This document shows positions 8,663 through 20,247 of a DNA stretch of 64,000 nucleotides, in pieces. Location: the NCBI GenBank assembly GCA_046726415.1, contig JBKPAK010000024.1, forward strand, positions 1 to 64,000. The letters are read 5' to 3'. The stretch is from Candidatus Methylomirabilota bacterium (GTDB taxonomy: Bacteria > Methylomirabilota > Methylomirabilia > Rokubacteriales > CSP1-6). The position numbers and the translations under genes are program-made. A model generated the notes under the pieces. That model searched no databases and had not been told where the DNA came from. It saw nothing but the letters and a program-made list of their open reading frames with translations. Each line of letters starts with the position of its first letter. Within the stretch, counting starts at the first letter, position 1.

Positions 8663-10654
8663 TCACCGCTCCCCTGCTGCCGAGGGACGCGTCGCCGTAC
8701 CGCTCCCCAGATGCCCGGCGAACCAGTCGAGGATGATCCGAAAGCGCTCCAGCCGGTGCCGCGGCGTCCCCGACCGCGACAGCTCGTGGTTCTCGCCGGG
8801 AAAACGCACGAGCATCGCCTCCCGCCCGAGCTTCTTGAGGGCCACGAAGAGCTGCTCGGCCTGCTCGATGGGACAGCGATAGTCCTCCTCCGCGTGAATG
8901 ATGAGGAGCGGCGTGGTGATGCGCGAGGCGTAGGTCAGCGGCGAGCGCTCGACGTAGCGCGCGGGGTCCTCCCACGGCAGCACCCCGCCCAGTTCCGTCA
9001 CGTTGAAGAGGTGGCCGATGTCGCTGGTGCCAAATATGGTCCGCTGATCGTTGACGGCGCGCTCCGAGCAGGCCGCGCGGAAGCGATCGGTGTGGCCGAC
9101 GATCCAGCTCGTCATGAATCCGCCGTAGCTGCCCCCCATCACCCCCAGCCGCTCGCCGTCGAGGAAGTCGAAGCGGCACAGGGCTTCGTCGAGGCCGGCC
9201 AGCACGTCCGCCACGTCGCCCCCGCCCCAGTCGCCCACCACGGCCCGCGCGAACTTCTCGCCGTAGCCACGGCTTCCGCGCGGGTTGGCGAAGACGACGG
9301 CGTACCCAGCGCCCGCGTAGACCTGGAACTCGTCGAAGAATCCCACGCCGTACTGCGCATGGGGGCCGCCGTGAATGTTGACGAGGACCGGATAGCGGCG
9401 GCCCTGCTCGGCGCCGTGGGGGCGCATCACCCAGGCGTCGACGGCCGCCCCGTCGCGCTCGTAGCTGAAGCGCTCGGGCACCGAGAGCGACACTTCCTCT
9501 CGCCACCCCCGGTTCAGATCGGTGAGCTGGCGCTCCGCGCTCCCGTCCGCAGCGGCGACGAAGACTTCGGCCGGCGCAGTGGCCGTGGACGCGGTGAAGG
9601 CCAGCATGCCGTTGCGCGCCAGCGAGAACCCACTCACCGCGCGCTCGCCCCTCGTCACGGGAACCGGTTCCATCCCGCCGGCGGGGCGCACGCGGTGAAT
9701 GACCACGCGCCCGCCGTCCTCGACCGCGAAGATGACCCACTGCCCGTCGGCGGACCACGCCGCCCACGCATCGCCCAGGGCCACCACGGAGCGATCGATC
9801 CGGGCGCTCAGATCACCGGGGGCGCCGCCGTCTATCGGGATGGTGACGAGGCGGTGGTTGTCGGCCACGGCATTCCGTCCGCGCCGCACCACGTAGGCCA
9901 TCGCGCGCCCATCGGGTGACACGGTCGGCCCCGTGACCATGGCCGACGAGTCGGTGAGTCGCCGGAGCTCACCGCCATCCGCGGAGACCACGAACAGGTC
10001 TCGCGCGTCGTCGTGATCGCGCTCGGCATGGCGGGCCGACGTGAAGGCCAACCAGCGCCCGTCGGGCGACCAGGTCGGCTCGCCGTCGGCGCCCTCGCCG
10101 TCCGTGATCTGTCTGGGCGCACCGCCGTCGCGGTCCACCACGAAGACGTGAGGTACCCGGTCGTAGATGAAACCCTCGCCGTTGTAGCGGTACTTCAGGG
10201 TCGTGATGATTCGCGCGGGCTTCGACTTCTCCGCCCCCTCCGTAGGCGCCGGACCCACGCGGGACACCACGGCCACCCGTGAGCTGTCCGGCCCCCACGC
10301 GGGGGCCGACACGCCATGGGGCAGATCGGTGATGCGGACGGGCTCCCCGCCCCCGGCCGGCATCACGTGAAGCTGCGGCTTGGCCTTCGGATCCCGCGCG
10401 GCGAGGAAGGCCAGCCACGCGCCGTCGGGCGACCAGCGCGGCGCCGTGTCCCGGCCAGCACCCGTCGTGAACCGCCGGGGCTCTCCTCCGGCGACGTCCA
10501 CCACCCAGACGTTGGAGAGGTACTCGTCGCGCTCCTCGGAGAGCGTCGTCACCACGAACGCCACTCGGCGACCGTCGGGCGAGATCTGCGGGTCGCTCAC
10601 CCACTGAATACGGGTAACGTCGGCGGCCGTCATGGCGCGTCCATGCGTGGTCAT
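8663..10654 (-). CDS. S9 family peptidase (acylaminoacyl/dipeptidyl peptidase) with WD40-like PD40 repeats
   Basis: WSPDG repeats, IHGGPH, GGSYGG nucleophile, DYRC, ENHEL. Confidence 0.95.
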   Translation of the reverse strand: MTTHGRAMTAADVTRIQWVSDPQISPDGRRVAFVVTTLSEERDEYLSNVWVVDVAGGEPRRFTTGAGRDTAPRWSPDGAWLAFLAARDPKAKPQLHVMPAGGGEPVRITDLPHGVSAPAWGPDSSRVAVVSRVGPAPTEGAEKSKPARIITTLKYRYNGEGFIYDRVPHVFVVDRDGGAPRQITDGEGADGEPTWSPDGRWLAFTSARHAERDHDDARDLFVVSADGGELRRLTDSSAMVTGPTVSPDGRAMAYVVRRGRNAVADNHRLVTIPIDGGAPGDLSARIDRSVVALGDAWAAWSADGQWVIFAVEDGGRVVIHRVRPAGGMEPVPVTRGERAVSGFSLARNGMLAFTASTATAPAEVFVAAADGSAERQLTDLNRGWREEVSLSVPERFSYERDGAAVDAWVMRPHGAEQGRRYPVLVNIHGGPHAQYGVGFFDEFQVYAGAGYAVVFANPRGSRGYGEKFARAVVGDWGGGDVADVLAGLDEALCRFDFLDGERLGVMGGSYGGFMTSWIVGHTDRFRAACSERAVNDQRTIFGTSDIGHLFNVTELGGVLPWEDPARYVERSPLTYASRITTPLLIIHAEEDYRCPIEQAEQLFVALKKLGREAMLVRFPGENHELSRSGTPRHRLERFRIILDWFAGHLGSGTATRPSAAGER

Positions 10655-10819
10655 GAGAAGGCTCCCCTGATGATACGTCCACGGAAGACTGGTCGCGAGG
10701 CGCTACGTCCCTCGATCGAATGACCTCGGGGCGACGTGGTCGAAGATGTCGGAAACTCTACGGAAAGCTCCGTCGCGCTTTCTCACCCGGGGCGGTGAGC
10801 GGGAAGCGGTACGGTCTCG

Positions 10820-12016
10820 CTAGACGATGCCGCGCGCGCGGAGGGCCGCGAGGTCGTCCTGCGTCAGGCCGAGGCGGCCGCAGTAGATGTCCTCGTTGTG
10901 CTCGCCCACCGCCACCGGGCCCGCATGATCGATGATCCCGGGCGTCAGGCTGAGCTTGGGCACGATGCCCACCATGTCGAGCAGACCCCCGAGTGGACTC
11001 GGCACCTTGACGATGTTCTCGCGCGCCTGGATCTGCCGATCGGCGAACAAATCGCGCGCGCTGTTGACCCGCGCGCACGGCACCTCGGCCGCGTCCAGCC
11101 GCGCCAGTGCCTCGGGGGCGTCGAACTTCTCCACCCACTCGCCTACGGTGCGGTCGAGGTCGCCGCGTCGGCGGATGCGCTCAGCCATGGTCGCGAATTC
11201 GGTGGCGAGCTGCGGTTGACCGATGGCGTGCGTCACCAGTCGCTCGAACATCCGATCGTTGGTGCAGGCGATGGCGATCCAGCTCCCGTCGCGCGTCCGG
11301 TAGTGGTTGTGGGGCACGACGTACTCGGTGCCGGATCCGATGCGGTCGCGCACGTGACCCGTGGCGGCGAAGACGGGAATCAGCTCGTCCAGCATTCTCA
11401 GGATGGGCTCGTAGAGCGCCACGTCGACCACCTGCCCATCGCCCGTGCGCTGGCGATGCTGGAGGGCGACGAGCGCGCCCAACGCGCCCATCGCGCCGGC
11501 GAGGTAATCGGGAATGGTGGGCGTGCCCGGAGTGACCGGCGGACGGTCGGGGAACCCGGAAAGGTAGCTCGCCCCGCTCACCGCGGCGGCGATGCGGCCA
11601 AAGCCGGGACGCTCGCGCGCAGGACCTGTCTGGCCGAAGGCGGAGATGCGCACCATGACGAGCCCACGGTTGACGGCGCGCAGATCGTCCCACCCGAGAT
11701 GCCAGCGCTCCATGGTGCCAGGGCGGAAGTTCTCGGCCAGGATGTCCGATTGCCCGGCGAGGCGCTTGATGAGCGCTTGCCCTTCCGGCTCGCGCAGATT
11801 GCACGTGATCGACTTCTTGTTGCGCGACTCCACCAGCCACATGTAGGTGGGCCCGCCGTCTGGACGGCGGCCGAGACGCCGGAGGTCATCGCCCAGCCCA
11901 GGCTGCTCCATCTTGATGACCTCGGCGCCGAACTCGCCGAGCAAGGTGCAGCAGAACGGCGCCGCGATGAACGTGGCCAGATCCAGCGCGCGGAGCCCTT
12001 CGAGTGCGCGAGTCAC
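10820..12016 (-). CDS. CoA-transferase family III (CaiB/BaiF)
   Basis: GAEVIKME, RNKKSIT, ENFRPG, catalytic Asp in PDYLAG. Confidence 0.95.
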   Translation of the reverse strand: MTRALEGLRALDLATFIAAPFCCTLLGEFGAEVIKMEQPGLGDDLRRLGRRPDGGPTYMWLVESRNKKSITCNLREPEGQALIKRLAGQSDILAENFRPGTMERWHLGWDDLRAVNRGLVMVRISAFGQTGPARERPGFGRIAAAVSGASYLSGFPDRPPVTPGTPTIPDYLAGAMGALGALVALQHRQRTGDGQVVDVALYEPILRMLDELIPVFAATGHVRDRIGSGTEYVVPHNHYRTRDGSWIAIACTNDRMFERLVTHAIGQPQLATEFATMAERIRRRGDLDRTVGEWVEKFDAPEALARLDAAEVPCARVNSARDLFADRQIQARENIVKVPSPLGGLLDMVGIVPKLSLTPGIIDHAGPVAVGEHNEDIYCGRLGLTQDDLAALRARGIV

Positions 12017-12096
12017 GTGGTCTCCTCCGGAGTGCGGCGTCCATTGTGCAACGAACCGTGGCCATTGTGCACCGAGCGGTGTGAGGGCCGCCGCCC

Positions 12097-12131
12097 TGTT
12101 TCACACTGGAACAGTGTTTCGAGGGGAAACG
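12097..12131. promoter_or_regulatory. tandem palindromic sites (TGTTTCA-N3-TGAAACA consensus), putative enhancer UAS
   Basis: TGTTTCAcacTGGAACA (12097-12113) and TGTTTCGaggGGAAACG (12115-12131); the same pair recurs at 15256-15292. Confidence 0.65.
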
Positions 12132-12172
12132 ACATTCCCGGCCCAATGGCGCGAAATCGCCGGGGCCGGCCA

Positions 12173-12187
12173 TGGCACGGCGTTTGA
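12173..12187 (+). promoter_or_regulatory. putative sigma-54 -24/-12 promoter
   Basis: TGGCACGGCGTTTGA versus consensus TGGCACG-N4-TTGC; lies upstream of the kinase/activator operon. Confidence 0.65.
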
Positions 12188-12225
12188 TGAACAGGTAGAC
12201 TCATACGGAGAGGGCTTGTGCGCCG

Positions 12226-13890
12226 ATGCCTGTATCACTGCTCCTGACGTGTGTCTCCACCCTGGCCTTCACCATCCAGTTGCTGATCTTCGTGTATCTC
12301 TATCCGTCGCACCGCGTCCGCTTCTTCAACTACCTCGTCTGGGCCTGGGGCTTCTTCGTCCTGTCGAAGGGATTGAAGCTGATCGAAGCGATCCCGATCC
12401 TGCCGGCCTCCATCGACCTCGGCGGGCTCATGAGCGCCGCCTTCGTCATCGCGCAGTTTTTCATCGCCGCCGCCGCCCTCGCCTATCGGTACGACTATGC
12501 CATCGGGCCGCGGTATACCCTCCTCGGGACCCTGTCGGTCCTGGGCGCGGTCTGGACGGGCGATCTCTCGCAGGCCGCCCCCCTCGTCCGGGAGTCGATC
12601 GCCGTGGTGTTCGGGGCAGTGCAGTTCGCGGCCGGACTCGCGTTCTGGCCGCGCTCGGCCGTCGGCGTTCGGTATCGAGGCGCGCGGTTGCTGGCCGTCT
12701 CGTTCTGGCTCTGGGGCGTCCACATGGTGGTCTCGAAGTTCCTCAATGCCGCTCCCGGTACCACGACGCACTTCGTCGTCCACGCCACCTTCGTGTGCCT
12801 CTACTTCTCCTCTACCTTCGCCATCATCATCATGGTCCTGGACCGAGCGCGGAGCGAGATGCGCTCGCTGAAGGAGCTGAACGAGCGGCTCGTCGACGGC
12901 CTGGGCGAGGGTCTGGAATTGGTCGATGGGACCTTCGCCGTTCGCCACGCCAACCGCTGGATGCTCGAGCACTTCGGCCCGGTGGGCGGGCGGCGTTGCT
13001 ACGAGATCCTCACCGCCGATGGGCGCCCCTGTCGCGGTTGCCCGCTCGAGCGCCGGCAGGAGATCGCCGAGCCGGTATGGCTCGAAGTCGATGGGGTCGC
13101 CGGCCGCCGGTTCCAGCTGAGCTGTTCTCCCGTCCGCCAGCCCGACGGCCAGGTCTTTCTGCTCGAGCGGGTCGCCGACGTGACCGAGCAGGCCCGATTG
13201 CGGGCGCGGCTGAGCGAGGCCGAGCGCCTGGCCGCCGCCGGCGAGCTCGCGGCCGGGATGGCCCACGAGATCCGCAATCCGCTCGCCGCCATCGTGAACG
13301 CGACGACGTTGCTCGACGGTCCGCACCTGCTCACGTCGGATGAACGGATGAGCACCCTGGATGCCGTGCGCAAGGAGGCCCGGCGCCTCAACCGAATCCT
13401 CTCCGATTTTCTGATCTTTGCCCGGCCCCGGGCGCCCAAGCTGCTGCCGGGGGATATTCGCGAGGTCGTGGAGCACGTGGCCGCTCTGATTCGCGACGAC
13501 CCCGTGCGCGCCCGCCTGGTCGAGCTGCGCACGCGGGTCGACGCGGCGGTGCCGTCCTTCGCCTTCGATCCGGACCAGCTCACGCAAGTGTTGCTGAACG
13601 TCGCCCTCAATGGGATCGAAGCCATGGGCGGCCGCGGCCGCCTGTCTCTTGAAGTGGGGCGAGTGAACGGCGAGGTCCTGATCGCCGTGGCCGACACCGG
13701 GCGCGGCATCGCGGCCGAGGATCGCGGACGGGTCTTCGAGCCCTTCTTCTCGAAGAAGCCGGGCGGCACCGGCCTCGGCCTCACCATCGCCCGGCGGATC
13801 GTCGACGCGCACGGCGGCCACATCGACCTCGACTCGACGCCCGGCCAGGGCACGCGATTCACCATCGCGCTGCCCGTGGCGACCGCCTGA
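12226..13890 (+). CDS. membrane sensor histidine kinase (multi-TM N-terminus, Cys-containing PAS-like domain, HisKA-HATPase)
   Basis: ~7 hydrophobic segments; CYE..PCRGCP; MAHEIRNPL H-box, N box, DTGRG, GGTGLGL. Confidence 0.95.
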   Translation: MPVSLLLTCVSTLAFTIQLLIFVYLYPSHRVRFFNYLVWAWGFFVLSKGLKLIEAIPILPASIDLGGLMSAAFVIAQFFIAAAALAYRYDYAIGPRYTLLGTLSVLGAVWTGDLSQAAPLVRESIAVVFGAVQFAAGLAFWPRSAVGVRYRGARLLAVSFWLWGVHMVVSKFLNAAPGTTTHFVVHATFVCLYFSSTFAIIIMVLDRARSEMRSLKELNERLVDGLGEGLELVDGTFAVRHANRWMLEHFGPVGGRRCYEILTADGRPCRGCPLERRQEIAEPVWLEVDGVAGRRFQLSCSPVRQPDGQVFLLERVADVTEQARLRARLSEAERLAAAGELAAGMAHEIRNPLAAIVNATTLLDGPHLLTSDERMSTLDAVRKEARRLNRILSDFLIFARPRAPKLLPGDIREVVEHVAALIRDDPVRARLVELRTRVDAAVPSFAFDPDQLTQVLLNVALNGIEAMGGRGRLSLEVGRVNGEVLIAVADTGRGIAAEDRGRVFEPFFSKKPGGTGLGLTIARRIVDAHGGHIDLDSTPGQGTRFTIALPVATA

Positions 13891-13894
13891 CCGC

Positions 13895-15244
<1,350 letters not shown>

Positions 15245-15255
15245 CGGCAGCCCGC

Positions 15256-15292
15256 AGTTTCAGAGCGAAACGGAATGTTCGGCTCTGAAACA
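15256..15292. promoter_or_regulatory. second tandem palindromic UAS pair
   Basis: AGTTTCAgagCGAAACG (15256-15272) and TGTTCGGctcTGAAACA (15276-15292). Confidence 0.6.
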
Positions 15293-15342
15293 CCTCCCCC
15301 ACGCGACGGCCCGTGAAACCCGCGCCCCCCACGACCCCGGCC

Positions 15343-15357
15343 TGGCACGAGATGTGA
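15343..15357 (+). promoter_or_regulatory. putative sigma-54 promoter
   Basis: TGGCACGAGATGTGA: good -24 element, degenerate -12. Confidence 0.5.
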
Positions 15358-15372
15358 GTCCCCACTGACGGC

Positions 15373-16680
15373 ATGGCGGCGATCCTCGTGGTGGACGACG
15401 AGCCTTCCCCGCGGACCACGATGGCGCTGCTCCTCAAGACGCGAGGCCATCGGGTGCGCGAAGCGGACGGGGTGGCCGCCGCCGTGCGCGTCCTCGCCAG
15501 CGATCCGCCCGATCTCGTGGTGACCGATTTGCGAATGCCGGATGGCGTCGGCCTCGACGTGCTCCGGGCGGCGAAGGCGCATTGCCCCGAGGCGGACGTC
15601 ATCTTGCTCACCGCGTACGCCGGCTGGGAATCGGCCAAAGAAGCAATGAAGCTGGGGGCCGTCGACTACTTTGAGAAGGGAAACGACCCGGAGGGACTCC
15701 TGCGGCGCATCGAGCGCTGCCTCGAGGAGCAAGCCCGTCGGCGGAATCTGCTCACCGCGCGCGCGGCTCTGGAGGGCGAACGGGCATTCCTCACCGTGCT
15801 CTTCGCCGATCTGCGCGGCTCGCTGGAGTTGCTGTCCGGCCGCGACCTCGAAGAGGCGCGGGCGATCCTCGACGGCGTGCTCGAGCGGATGATGGAAGCC
15901 GTCCATCACCACGGAGGCACCGTCAACCAGGTGATGGGTGACGGCATCATGGCGCTCTTCGGCGCCCCCCTGCCCTGTGCGGACCATGCCGTGCGCGGTT
16001 GTCTGGCCGCGGTGCGGATGCAGGCGGCGGTGCGTCGCTACGCCGCCGCGCTTCGGCGCGAGCGCGATATCGATGTCCAGATCAGGGTAGGGGTGAATTC
16101 GGGTGAGGTCATCGTGCGCGCGATCGACAGCGATCTCGGACACGACTATACCGCGGTGGGGCCGCCGACCCATGTTGCCGCCCGGATGGAACAGCTCGCG
16201 CAACCTGGGACCACGCTGATCACCGCCGACACCCTGCGCCTGGCCTCTCATGCCATCAGCGCGAGAGGCGTCGGGCGGGTGGCCGTGAAGGGGCTGGCCG
16301 ACGAAGTCGAAGCCTTCGAGATCGTGGCGGGCCCTCGCAGGCGCCCGGACCCGGGCCTATCCTTGCCTGAGCACTGGCAAGGGCTTCTGGCCGAGGAGGC
16401 GGAAGGTGCCCAGGAAACCCACGGCGAGCGCCATGACGATGGTCAGGGAAACTCCCAGGAGGACGGCCTCGGGCTCGAACGTCCACGGCACATCGAGGAC
16501 AAAGCGCAGCACGATCCACGACAGGACCACGGCGAGCGCGCTCCCCCCCAGGCCCGCCGCCGCTCCCAGGCACGCATACTCCACGGCGAAGATCCGCGCG
16601 ATCACCAAGCGCGTGGCCCCGAGCGTCCGCCAGATCACCGACTCGCGCAACCGCGCGTAGCGAGTGGCGGTCAAGGCTGA
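15373..16680 (+). CDS. receiver domain + class III adenylate/guanylate cyclase; recognisable homology ends ~16335 and the ORF runs on antisense into the ABC permease
   Basis: REC similar to the upstream regulator; TVLFADLRGS, MGDGIMALFGAP, RVGVNSG, HVAARME, VKG. Confidence 0.85.
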   Translation: MAAILVVDDEPSPRTTMALLLKTRGHRVREADGVAAAVRVLASDPPDLVVTDLRMPDGVGLDVLRAAKAHCPEADVILLTAYAGWESAKEAMKLGAVDYFEKGNDPEGLLRRIERCLEEQARRRNLLTARAALEGERAFLTVLFADLRGSLELLSGRDLEEARAILDGVLERMMEAVHHHGGTVNQVMGDGIMALFGAPLPCADHAVRGCLAAVRMQAAVRRYAAALRRERDIDVQIRVGVNSGEVIVRAIDSDLGHDYTAVGPPTHVAARMEQLAQPGTTLITADTLRLASHAISARGVGRVAVKGLADEVEAFEIVAGPRRRPDPGLSLPEHWQGLLAEEAEGAQETHGERHDDGQGNSQEDGLGLERPRHIEDKAQHDPRQDHGERAPPQARRRSQARILHGEDPRDHQARGPERPPDHRLAQPRVASGGQG

Positions 16681-18879
16681 GATCATGACGACGAGCCCGG
16701 CTCCGATACTAAAGAGCGCCATGGCGCGGATGGCCAGCGACATCTGGTCAAGCACGCTCGCCACGCGCTCCATCACGTCGCGCACGGGAATGGCGGTGAC
16801 GTTGGGAAAGGCCGTCACCACGGCGTTCTGAAGGCGCGACTCGGTGGTGGCCGCCACTCGGATGGTGGCGATCCACGTTCCCGGTGCGCCATCGAGCGCG
16901 CCCGGGGACAGGATCATGAAGAAGTTGGTGGACAACGCCTGCCAGTCGACCTTTCGGATGCTCGCCACCTCGGCTTCGATGGGCACCCCCTGCACGTCGA
17001 ACGTCAGCCGATCGCCGATCCGGAGCCCGAGGTGCATGGCCGCCGCTTCCTCCACCGACACCAGCGAGCGCGTCCAGTCCGTGGGGGTCCACCAGCGGCC
17101 CTGCACCAGGACGTTCGTGGCCGGCATCTCTGCCGCATACGTGAGGACGTACTCCCGCCTGAGATACCAGGCGGCGTCACCGTCCGGCCCGCCGCGCCGG
17201 CGCTGGACCATGGCGCGGGTCACCGCATGTCCGTTCACGGCGGCCAGGCGCGACCGCACCACGGGCGTCAGCGCCGGCGAAGCCCCTGCCCCGGACTCGT
17301 TGACCACCCGCACGAAGTCGTCGCGCTGGTCGGGCTGGATGTCGATGAAGAAGAACGACGGCGCCTCCCGCCGCTTCTCATGGTCGATCTGGCGGCCCAA
17401 GCTGGCCTCCAGCAGCGCGATCGAGACGAGGAGCATGACGCCGACGCCGAGTGCGATGACCACGCCGGCGGTCTGCCCTCCGGGGCGCGCCAGGTTGGCC
17501 ATGCCCTGGCGCCACGCGATCCCGCGAATGCGTGGCCGCCCCCGCGCCGCCACCGTCACCGCTCGCGCCAGAACGAGCAGGAGCGCCAGGGCTCCCCCGG
17601 AGGCACCCACGAAGATTCCGCCGAGCTTCCAGGATCCCGCCTGCCACAGCGCGAGCGCCGCCAGACCGGTAGCCACTGGAAGTGCGGCCAGCCAGGGTCG
17701 CCGCCCGGGCACGGGCTCCACTTCGGCGCGCAACAGCAGTGACGGCCGGACCGTGCGGATGGCCAGTAACGGCCAGAGCGCGCAGAGCAACGCGGTGAGC
17801 AGCCCCATGACAAACGCACGGCCGAGGGTGCCAGGATCGGGGCGCGTCGAGACCTCGATGGGGAGCGCCCCCGCCAGGAGCCGGACGATCAGCGGCTGCG
17901 TGACCATGCCGAGAGCCAGCCCGAGACCGCTCCCGGCAAGGGCAATCATCTGCGTCTGGAGCAGGTAGCTGACAAGCAACAGGCGAGAACTGGCGCCGAG
18001 GGTCTTGAGAATTGCGATGGTCGGACGCTGGCGCCGGACGAAGGTCGCCACGGCGGACGCTACCCCGATGCCGCCCACGAGCAGGCTGACCAGCCCGACC
18101 AGCCCGAGATACGCGGTCATCTGGGTGAAGAAGCGCCGGAGCCCCGGCTGGGCCTCGTTGAAAGGGGTGACGCGGATCGCCGGGTCCGCGAGGGTACGGG
18201 CGATGGCCTCGCTTCGCTCGCGGGCGGCCACGCCCTCGGGCAAGCGCAGCAACGTGCGATGGCGGATCCGGCTGCCGAATCGCACGAGGCCCGTGGTCTC
18301 CAAGGTGTCCGCGCCGATGATGACGCGCGGCCCCAGTCCGAAGCCGACCGGGGCGTCGGGTTCTTTCTCGAGCACACCGCGGATGGTGACGGGCGCGGTG
18401 CCGATGATGATGCGGCCGCCGATCTTCACGCCCAGTCGCGTCAAGAGATCATCCTGCACGAGGGCGCCACCGGCCGCGAGGAGATCGGCAAGTGGGCGGG
18501 CAGGCTCAGCCTGGAGTCGGCCGTAGAGCGGATAGCCTGGTTCGACCGCCTTCAGCTCGACCAGCAGGGAGGCATCGCGCATGGGCTCTCGCGCCATGGC
18601 GACCAATTCCCGCACGCGGGTTGCCGTGGCGCCCTCGCGCACCACCTGCTCGACCGCGCCGGTCTCCTCGTCGGTGAAGGGGCGCATGGCGCGCAGTTCG
18701 AGATCGCCCCCCATCAAGGTCCGCGCCTCCCGCGACAGGGCGCGGTCCACGTTGGCGGCCAGGGTGCCGACCGAGGTCAGCGCCGCCACGCCGAGCGCCA
18801 CGCAGGCGAAGAAGCCCACGAAGTGACGCCAACCGCCGCGCGCTTCGCGCCACGCCAGAGCGAGGGGAAATCGCCTCAC
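16357..18879 (-). CDS. ABC transporter permease, FtsX-like (YbbP family)
   Basis: LAWREARG, LVELKAV..YPLYG, IAILKTLGA, APSFFFIDIQ, two FtsX domains. Confidence 0.93.
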   Translation of the reverse strand: MRRFPLALAWREARGGWRHFVGFFACVALGVAALTSVGTLAANVDRALSREARTLMGGDLELRAMRPFTDEETGAVEQVVREGATATRVRELVAMAREPMRDASLLVELKAVEPGYPLYGRLQAEPARPLADLLAAGGALVQDDLLTRLGVKIGGRIIIGTAPVTIRGVLEKEPDAPVGFGLGPRVIIGADTLETTGLVRFGSRIRHRTLLRLPEGVAARERSEAIARTLADPAIRVTPFNEAQPGLRRFFTQMTAYLGLVGLVSLLVGGIGVASAVATFVRRQRPTIAILKTLGASSRLLLVSYLLQTQMIALAGSGLGLALGMVTQPLIVRLLAGALPIEVSTRPDPGTLGRAFVMGLLTALLCALWPLLAIRTVRPSLLLRAEVEPVPGRRPWLAALPVATGLAALALWQAGSWKLGGIFVGASGGALALLLVLARAVTVAARGRPRIRGIAWRQGMANLARPGGQTAGVVIALGVGVMLLVSIALLEASLGRQIDHEKRREAPSFFFIDIQPDQRDDFVRVVNESGAGASPALTPVVRSRLAAVNGHAVTRAMVQRRRGGPDGDAAWYLRREYVLTYAAEMPATNVLVQGRWWTPTDWTRSLVSVEEAAAMHLGLRIGDRLTFDVQGVPIEAEVASIRKVDWQALSTNFFMILSPGALDGAPGTWIATIRVAATTESRLQNAVVTAFPNVTAIPVRDVMERVASVLDQMSLAIRAMALFSIGAGLVVMISALTATRYARLRESVIWRTLGATRLVIARIFAVEYACLGAAAGLGGSALAVVLSWIVLRFVLDVPWTFEPEAVLLGVSLTIVMALAVGFLGTFRLLGQKPLPVLRQG

Positions 18880-19583
18880 CGGGTGTGGGCCGGGGCCGGA
18901 TGGCCGTTGACGCCGTTGACGAGTCGGCCATCGAGGAGGTTCACGATGCGATCCGCGTGGGACGCCAGCGCTGGGTCATGCGTGACGAGGAGCAGCGTGC
19001 ACCCCCGCTCCCGACGGAGCCTCAGCATCAACTCGATGATGGCGGCGCCGGTGGCGGAGTCGAGGTTGCCGGTCGGTTCGTCGGCGAGGAGCAGCGCCGG
19101 CCGGAGGGCGACGGCGCGGGCCAGCGCTACTCGTTGTTGCTCGCCCCCGGAGAGCTGGGCCGGATAGTGATGCGACCGGGCCCCGAGTCCGACGTCCGTG
19201 AGCAGCGCGCGCGCCTCACCCGCGGCATTGGCGTGGCCGGCCAGCTCCAAGGGCACCGCCACGTTTTCGGCCGCCGTCAAGGTGGGGATCAGATGGTACG
19301 CTTGGAAGACGTACCCGATGCGATCGCGCCGGAAGCCGGCCAGCGCGTCCTCCGCCAGACGGGTGACCTCCACGCCGTCCACCTCGATGGACCCGGCGGT
19401 GGGTTCATCCAGCCCGGCGATGAGCCCGAGCAGTGTGGACTTGCCGCTGCCCGAGGGCCCGGTGATGGCCACGAACTCGCCGGCCTGGACCTCGAGAGAA
19501 ATGCCATCGAGAATCGTGATCGGACGGCCGCCGCTCGAGAGGCGCATGGAGAGGCCGCGCACGCGGATCATGTCGCATCCCAT
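18876..19583 (-). CDS. ABC transporter ATP-binding protein (YbbA/LolD-like)
   Basis: GPSGSGKST, LSGGEQQRV, ADEPTGNLD. Confidence 0.95.
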   Translation of the reverse strand: MGCDMIRVRGLSMRLSSGGRPITILDGISLEVQAGEFVAITGPSGSGKSTLLGLIAGLDEPTAGSIEVDGVEVTRLAEDALAGFRRDRIGYVFQAYHLIPTLTAAENVAVPLELAGHANAAGEARALLTDVGLGARSHHYPAQLSGGEQQRVALARAVALRPALLLADEPTGNLDSATGAAIIELMLRLRRERGCTLLLVTHDPALASHADRIVNLLDGRLVNGVNGHPAPAHTR

Positions 19584-19597
19584 ACTACACTCGGCTC

Positions 19598-20221
19598 ATG
19601 CACCACCGGCGTCCGGCCATCCTCGGGTTCGCTCTGCTGGCTTCGCTCGTCACTGCCGCCGGGGCGCGCGCGGAGGAGACCATCGCCGTGCTCGGCGACA
19701 GCATCAGCGCGGGGTTCGGTGTGACCCCTGAAGAAGCGTATCCCGCCCGACTCCAGGAGCGGCTACGGCGCGAGGGCTATGACTATCGCGTGGTCAACGC
19801 CGGGGTCAGTGGCGACACCACCGCCGGGGGGCTTCGCCGCGTCGACTGGGTGCTCCGCGCGCGGCCGTCGATCGCCATCGTCGCCCTCGGGGGCAACGAC
19901 GGATTGCGAGGTCTCAGCGTGGTCGCCATGCGCGCCAATCTCGAGCAGATCGTGGAGCGACTCCAGGCGGCGGGCGCCCAAGTCCTGCTCACCGGGATGC
20001 GGGTGCCTCCGAATTACGGAGACGCCTACGCGCGCGAGTTCGCCGCCGCCTTTCCCGCAGTGGCCGTCAAGACGGGCGCCGCGCTGATGCCCTTCCTCCT
20101 CGACGGCGTGGCCGCCGACACGCGACTCAACCAGCCCGACGGCATTCACCCCACCGCCCGGGGGCAAGCGATTATCGCGGAGCGCCTGTGGCCATATCTC
20201 AAGCCGTTACTCAGGAAGTAG
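19598..20221 (+). CDS. tesA: arylesterase/acyl-CoA thioesterase I (SGNH hydrolase)
   Basis: Signal peptide, GDSIS, NAGVSGDTT, GGNDGLRG, DGIHP; divergent from a ybbA-ybbP-like pair as in E. coli. Confidence 0.9.
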   Translation: MHHRRPAILGFALLASLVTAAGARAEETIAVLGDSISAGFGVTPEEAYPARLQERLRREGYDYRVVNAGVSGDTTAGGLRRVDWVLRARPSIAIVALGGNDGLRGLSVVAMRANLEQIVERLQAAGAQVLLTGMRVPPNYGDAYAREFAAAFPAVAVKTGAALMPFLLDGVAADTRLNQPDGIHPTARGQAIIAERLWPYLKPLLRK

Positions 20222-20247
20222 CGTTCCGCGTTTCCCGCTGTGGGACA

